Of a stretch of DNA of 49,534 bases, positions 45,983 to 49,534 are shown one piece after another. Both the position numbers and the translations under genes were made by a program. Each line of letters begins with the position of its first letter. Positions within the stretch are counted from its first letter, which is position 1. The stretch is taken from the NCBI GenBank assembly GCA_048882045.1, contig JBHLRZ010000025.1, positions 1-49,534 of the forward strand, written 5' to 3'. The DNA is from Candidatus Thorarchaeota archaeon (GTDB taxonomy: Archaea > Asgardarchaeota > Thorarchaeia > Thorarchaeales > Thorarchaeaceae). The notes beneath the pieces were generated by a model that had not been told where the DNA came from, searched no databases, and saw only the letters and a list, made by a program, of their open reading frames with translations.

Positions 45983-47380
45983 TCAATCCCAGTCTAGGAG
46001 TCTCTGTTCACCCTCGAAACTCCGTATCTCGGTAGCATCTTGTGTCACTTCCAGAGTTCCAGCAAAATTCCCTTTATCATCTCTCACTGCATAGTAGCCT
46101 ATGATCAGAAACTTGTCACGCAGTCTAATCCAGAACATAGCCTTGTCTTTCTTGCCTTCTTTGAAGTAGTTTAGGATTTTCTTTACCTTGTCATAGCTCT
46201 TACTTGGGTGGCAGTTAATTACATCACGCCCAATCACAGCTTGACTTCGTGGAAAAATGCGGTCATCTGTTGCTGAGTAGTACCTGACTTTCTCGTCTGG
46301 TCCTACAAATGAAATGTCAAGTGGTAAGTGTCTGAGTAGTAAGTCAATCTCTTTCAAGGTGAGATTTCCAGTGTTTAGATTAATCTTGGGAGATTCGGTC
46401 TTCTCCTCTACTTGGTGAATATCAATTGGGGATATGGGTTTCCATTCATTTCCGGGTAGGATCCACGCATATCCAATCTCTTCTTCACCAGTTCGTACCT
46501 TTACCCAATCGTATTCCGAGAGGTTTTCCAGAGACATTGGGAAGAGGATGTTTTCCTCTTTATAGATGAGTTCCTCAATCGCGGTGAGTAATTGATCGAG
46601 ATTCGCTACGTCTGACTCTGTTAACATTTCACGGATCTCGTCCTGCTTAGCCCACATCACAGTCGATGGTCCTGTCACTCCAACCTTCTCTAGGAGAGGG
46701 AAGAGCTGGTTCTGTAGTCGAGTATAGTGAATAACTATCCTCTTGAGTTCTTCAAACGTACTCTGGTCCTTCGGATTCTCTTTCAGGATATTCACTAATT
46801 TCTGAGCTTCTTCATTCTCACTCATATAGGTGTGAACTGGATGGCCCGGTGTGGTCTGCGGCGTCTGTTGAACATCTAGTGATTCTTTGAAGACCAATAC
46901 GTGTAAATCACAGAGGGCTGTGACCTGTTGAGCAGTCAGTTCTCCCGAATCGATAAGTGACTGTTCCATCTCAGCAATCTCAGTAGCACTTACATCGACA
47001 AGAATCTCCTTGAACTGGGATTGGAGTTCCTTCATATCTTCTCCACTATGCAATCCAAGAATCAGATCCTTCAGCTTTCGCTGTCGACTAGCTAGTTGCT
47101 CTTTCCAGGTACCTTTGTCTGCATCTTCTTTGTCTATGATGACTTCTTCGCTGGCTTGTTTCGAAATTGATTCTGACAGTAAGACAAAGAGTCGATTCAA
47201 AGGGACCTCTGACATCTTAGAAACATCGCTCAGTGTAGCCCGACGACCTATCGTCTTTTGCAGGATTGGATTCTGTAGCCTCTTGAGTTTAGGTGAAATC
47301 TCTACAAGAGTATCAAACAGAAAAGGGAACTCATTAGCCAAATCCAGAATCTTGGTGGATGCCTTGAGTGTCACTGCCAT
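45983..47380 (-). CDS. DUF438 family protein (DUF1858 + DUF438 + hemerythrin-like + PAS)
   Basis: L.NPIL.KT.GR.ATL, EIAEMEQ.L, LCDLH, PGHPVHTYM.EN, HY.R..NQLFP, KEENILFP, IGRDVINCHP. Confidence 0.9.
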   Translation of the reverse strand: MAVTLKASTKILDLANEFPFLFDTLVEISPKLKRLQNPILQKTIGRRATLSDVSKMSEVPLNRLFVLLSESISKQASEEVIIDKEDADKGTWKEQLASRQRKLKDLILGLHSGEDMKELQSQFKEILVDVSATEIAEMEQSLIDSGELTAQQVTALCDLHVLVFKESLDVQQTPQTTPGHPVHTYMSENEEAQKLVNILKENPKDQSTFEELKRIVIHYTRLQNQLFPLLEKVGVTGPSTVMWAKQDEIREMLTESDVANLDQLLTAIEELIYKEENILFPMSLENLSEYDWVKVRTGEEEIGYAWILPGNEWKPISPIDIHQVEEKTESPKINLNTGNLTLKEIDLLLRHLPLDISFVGPDEKVRYYSATDDRIFPRSQAVIGRDVINCHPSKSYDKVKKILNYFKEGKKDKAMFWIRLRDKFLIIGYYAVRDDKGNFAGTLEVTQDATEIRSFEGEQRLLDWD

Positions 47381-47450
47381 TTCAACACCTCTCTTGATCG
47401 AGCTTGTTTTGAGAGTTAACTATATTTAAGGAATATGATTGCTAGCTATT

Positions 47451-48266
47451 TCACGAATTTGTAAAACCACCATGATGAAACTCTATCTTACAATTGATCC
47501 TTCGTGCCCCACAGTAATTCTCAATGTCTTCCTCAATCTCATTCCATAAAGTGTAATCACTCTTGATCTTTCTATAGTAGTCTAAGAGATGGGGATAGTT
47601 CTTTTCAATCAGTTTCATAATCCTTGAAACATTATGGCTACGAAAGTTCAGATTTTCGAAATGAAATTCTTCATTGAAGAACTGTGAAGCTTCGATAATT
47701 TCTGCCCAATCTGACACTCTGGGGAAAACTGGTGAAATAAAAATCCAGGTGGGAATTCCTTCATTAGCAATGTTTTGCAGAGCCTTAAGACGGTCCCTCG
47801 GTTTAGATGCCTTAGGTTCGGTCAACCTCGCAAAATCCTCGTCGAGTGAATTCAGGGACACTCCAACACTAATATTCTCAAATTGCTTGAACAGATCAAT
47901 ATCCCGTTCAACAAGTCTTGATTTTGTAAGAATCTCTACTCTTGCCTTTGTCCCTACGAGTTTCTCTAAAATCCTACGAGTGTTCTCATACTTGACTTCA
48001 AGGGGAGTATAAGGATCTGTGACCGAACTAAATAGGATTGTCTTGCCATCATACTTCTCAGGTCTTATCTTTTCGAAATCATAGTTCTTGACATCTAGAA
48101 ACTCCCCCCATGTTTCTCCAAGGTGTCCGGTGAATCTTTTCATATACTCAGCGTAGCAGTAAATGCAAGCGTGCTGACAGCCAATGTATGGATTGATGAC
48201 AAAGTCAATACCAGGAATATTGCACTTTGTGATGATACCCTTTGCATTGACCTGATTGACTCTCAT
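47451..48266 (-). CDS. Radical SAM protein, spore photoproduct lyase-like family
   Basis: INPYIGCQHACIYCYA (CxxxCxxC), SSVTDPY.P.E, ILTKS, EP.AS...R. Confidence 0.9.
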   Translation of the reverse strand: MRVNQVNAKGIITKCNIPGIDFVINPYIGCQHACIYCYAEYMKRFTGHLGETWGEFLDVKNYDFEKIRPEKYDGKTILFSSVTDPYTPLEVKYENTRRILEKLVGTKARVEILTKSRLVERDIDLFKQFENISVGVSLNSLDEDFARLTEPKASKPRDRLKALQNIANEGIPTWIFISPVFPRVSDWAEIIEASQFFNEEFHFENLNFRSHNVSRIMKLIEKNYPHLLDYYRKIKSDYTLWNEIEEDIENYCGARRINCKIEFHHGGFTNS

Positions 48267-48278
48267 CAGATTTTCGAC

Positions 48279-48803
48279 TCATACTATGTATAAGAAGATC
48301 GACTCTTCTTCATGAATTTCCGAAGGTTTCCAACCATCAAGGATGAATCTATAGGATACGACTCGAGTTCCTGATTTTAGTTCCTTTGCTAGTTTGTCTC
48401 TAATCTTCTTGTTGATTATATATCCTTGATATAGAGTGACTACAGTTGCATCAGTCACACTGACATTGAAGAAGTTCCCTCGGATCACTCTGACTTTGTT
48501 CTTCAATCCATGACGCCAGATTTTGAATCTGGACCACATCAATCTCAGTGGGTCGATTTCGATCCCAATTGACGTTGCACCAAAGTCTCGCCCAGCCATG
48601 ACGATTATTCGACCATCCCCTGAACCCAGATCATAAAGAGTGTCGCTGCTACTTACTTTTCCTATCTCAAGCATCGACCGTACTCTCTTATTGGGTGTAG
48701 GTAGCCATGGCGCTCCGACAACCCCCGACCATGCAATCCAGGTCACAAAGATGACAATAACAATTTCTATCGCTAGGATGAGCATCCAATCAAACATCTG
48801 CAT
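48279..48803 (-). CDS. Class I SAM-dependent methyltransferase with N-terminal TM (FAM173/archaeal protein lysine methyltransferase-like)
   Basis: APWLPT, YDLGSGDGRI, GIEIDP, L..GTRVVS. Confidence 0.85.
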   Translation of the reverse strand: MQMFDWMLILAIEIVIVIFVTWIAWSGVVGAPWLPTPNKRVRSMLEIGKVSSSDTLYDLGSGDGRIIVMAGRDFGATSIGIEIDPLRLMWSRFKIWRHGLKNKVRVIRGNFFNVSVTDATVVTLYQGYIINKKIRDKLAKELKSGTRVVSYRFILDGWKPSEIHEEESIFLYIV

Positions 48804-48906
48804 GGTTTGTCAAATTTCAGGTAAATCTTTCATTGAAAACTCTTGTTAGAGTACAAGTCGTAACTATAATATTACTACAAATTGACTCGATTACAAGTGT
48901 CTAGAT

Positions 48907-49534
48907 ATGGAAATTAACAGACTCCTCAAGTATCTACGGTTCCGTTATGACCAAGATGATTTGTTGATTTCCAATCTTAAGAATATCACAAGTGGTTGGG
49001 AAACTGAGATACTCTCATTCGATCTTGAAGATAGTGAAGGACATGTGCAGAAATTAGTGGCCCGAATCTATCCTGGTTTGGACGCAGTCCACAAAGCTAA
49101 GAAAGAGTCATCAATCATGATGAAACTTCAGGAGATTGGATATCCAGTTCCAACTGTGCACCTTGTCGAAACAGAGAAGTCACATCTTGGCAATCCATTC
49201 ATGATTATGGATCGTATCGATGGTGGGACACTCGACGACAAGATGTATGAAGATCAAGACAGATGGGCATCTGTTTTCTTTGATTTGTTTGTTGACCTCC
49301 ACCAGTTGGACTGGAAAAAGATGATCCCCCCAGACATGTTTCCCCTGTTTGATGACTCATACTTCTATATCAAAACAACACTCTCAGATATGGAAAGAAC
49401 TCTCAACATTAATGGGAAGCAGGAACTCCTCCCTATTGTGGACTGGGCAAAGCATCGTTACAAGGATGTACCTTGCAAAACTCCTTCGATCATTCATGGT
49501 GACTTCCATACGTTCAATGTCCTAGTGGATGAGA
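48907..49534 (+). CDS. APH/ACAD10-like phosphotransferase; runs off the window edge
   Basis: Not in ORF track. Manual translation MEINRLL...SGWETE...E..IM..L...GYPVP...PFMIMDRIDG...LH.LDW...IIHGDFHTFNVLV. Confidence 0.88.
   Translation, partial: MEINRLLKYLRFRYDQDDLLISNLKNITSGWETEILSFDLEDSEGHVQKLVARIYPGLDAVHKAKKESSIMMKLQEIGYPVPTVHLVETEKSHLGNPFMIMDRIDGGTLDDKMYEDQDRWASVFFDLFVDLHQLDWKKMIPPDMFPLFDDSYFYIKTTLSDMERTLNINGKQELLPIVDWAKHRYKDVPCKTPSIIHGDFHTFNVLVDE

Noticed and set aside
1-49534. CRISPR arrays, IS elements, prophage, defence systems, rRNA/tRNA
   Set aside because: I saw no spaced direct repeats, transposase/integrase motifs or RNA-gene signatures, and intergenic spaces are short. A tRNAscan/Infernal run would be needed to be definitive.

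Overview
Gene-dense archaeal chromosome segment with about 40 CDS. I found no rRNA, tRNA, CRISPR array or transposase. The archaeal-type MAT, TrpRS, GlyRS, PPAT and Nre-like genes, GGAG/GAGGTG ribosome-binding sites, C-terminally anchored surface proteins and eukaryote-like helical proteins suggest an Asgard archaeon, probably Thorarchaeia (inference). Housekeeping and metabolic genes are mat, trpS, glyS, an AlaX-type editor, class II HMG-CoA reductase, coaD, ferritin, thimet-type oligopeptidase, MGMT, USP and a RACo-type ATPase. Best leads: (1) a convergent pair of SNAP/Sec17-like proteins, one fused to Ig-like domains; (2) a CINP/C1orf109-like protein; (3) a ~2020-aa surface glycoprotein whose signal peptide has no canonical start codon (probable ACG start) behind a folded ~130-nt leader, next to a giant SpoIIM-domain membrane protein; (4) coaD apparently starting at CTG; (5) an amphi-Trp/PhoU-like/NhaP/P-type ATPase operon; (6) repeated bacterial-style hairpin+U terminators and a structured ~100-nt element after the HMG-CoA reductase gene. 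All family calls rest on recalled motifs; no searches were run.
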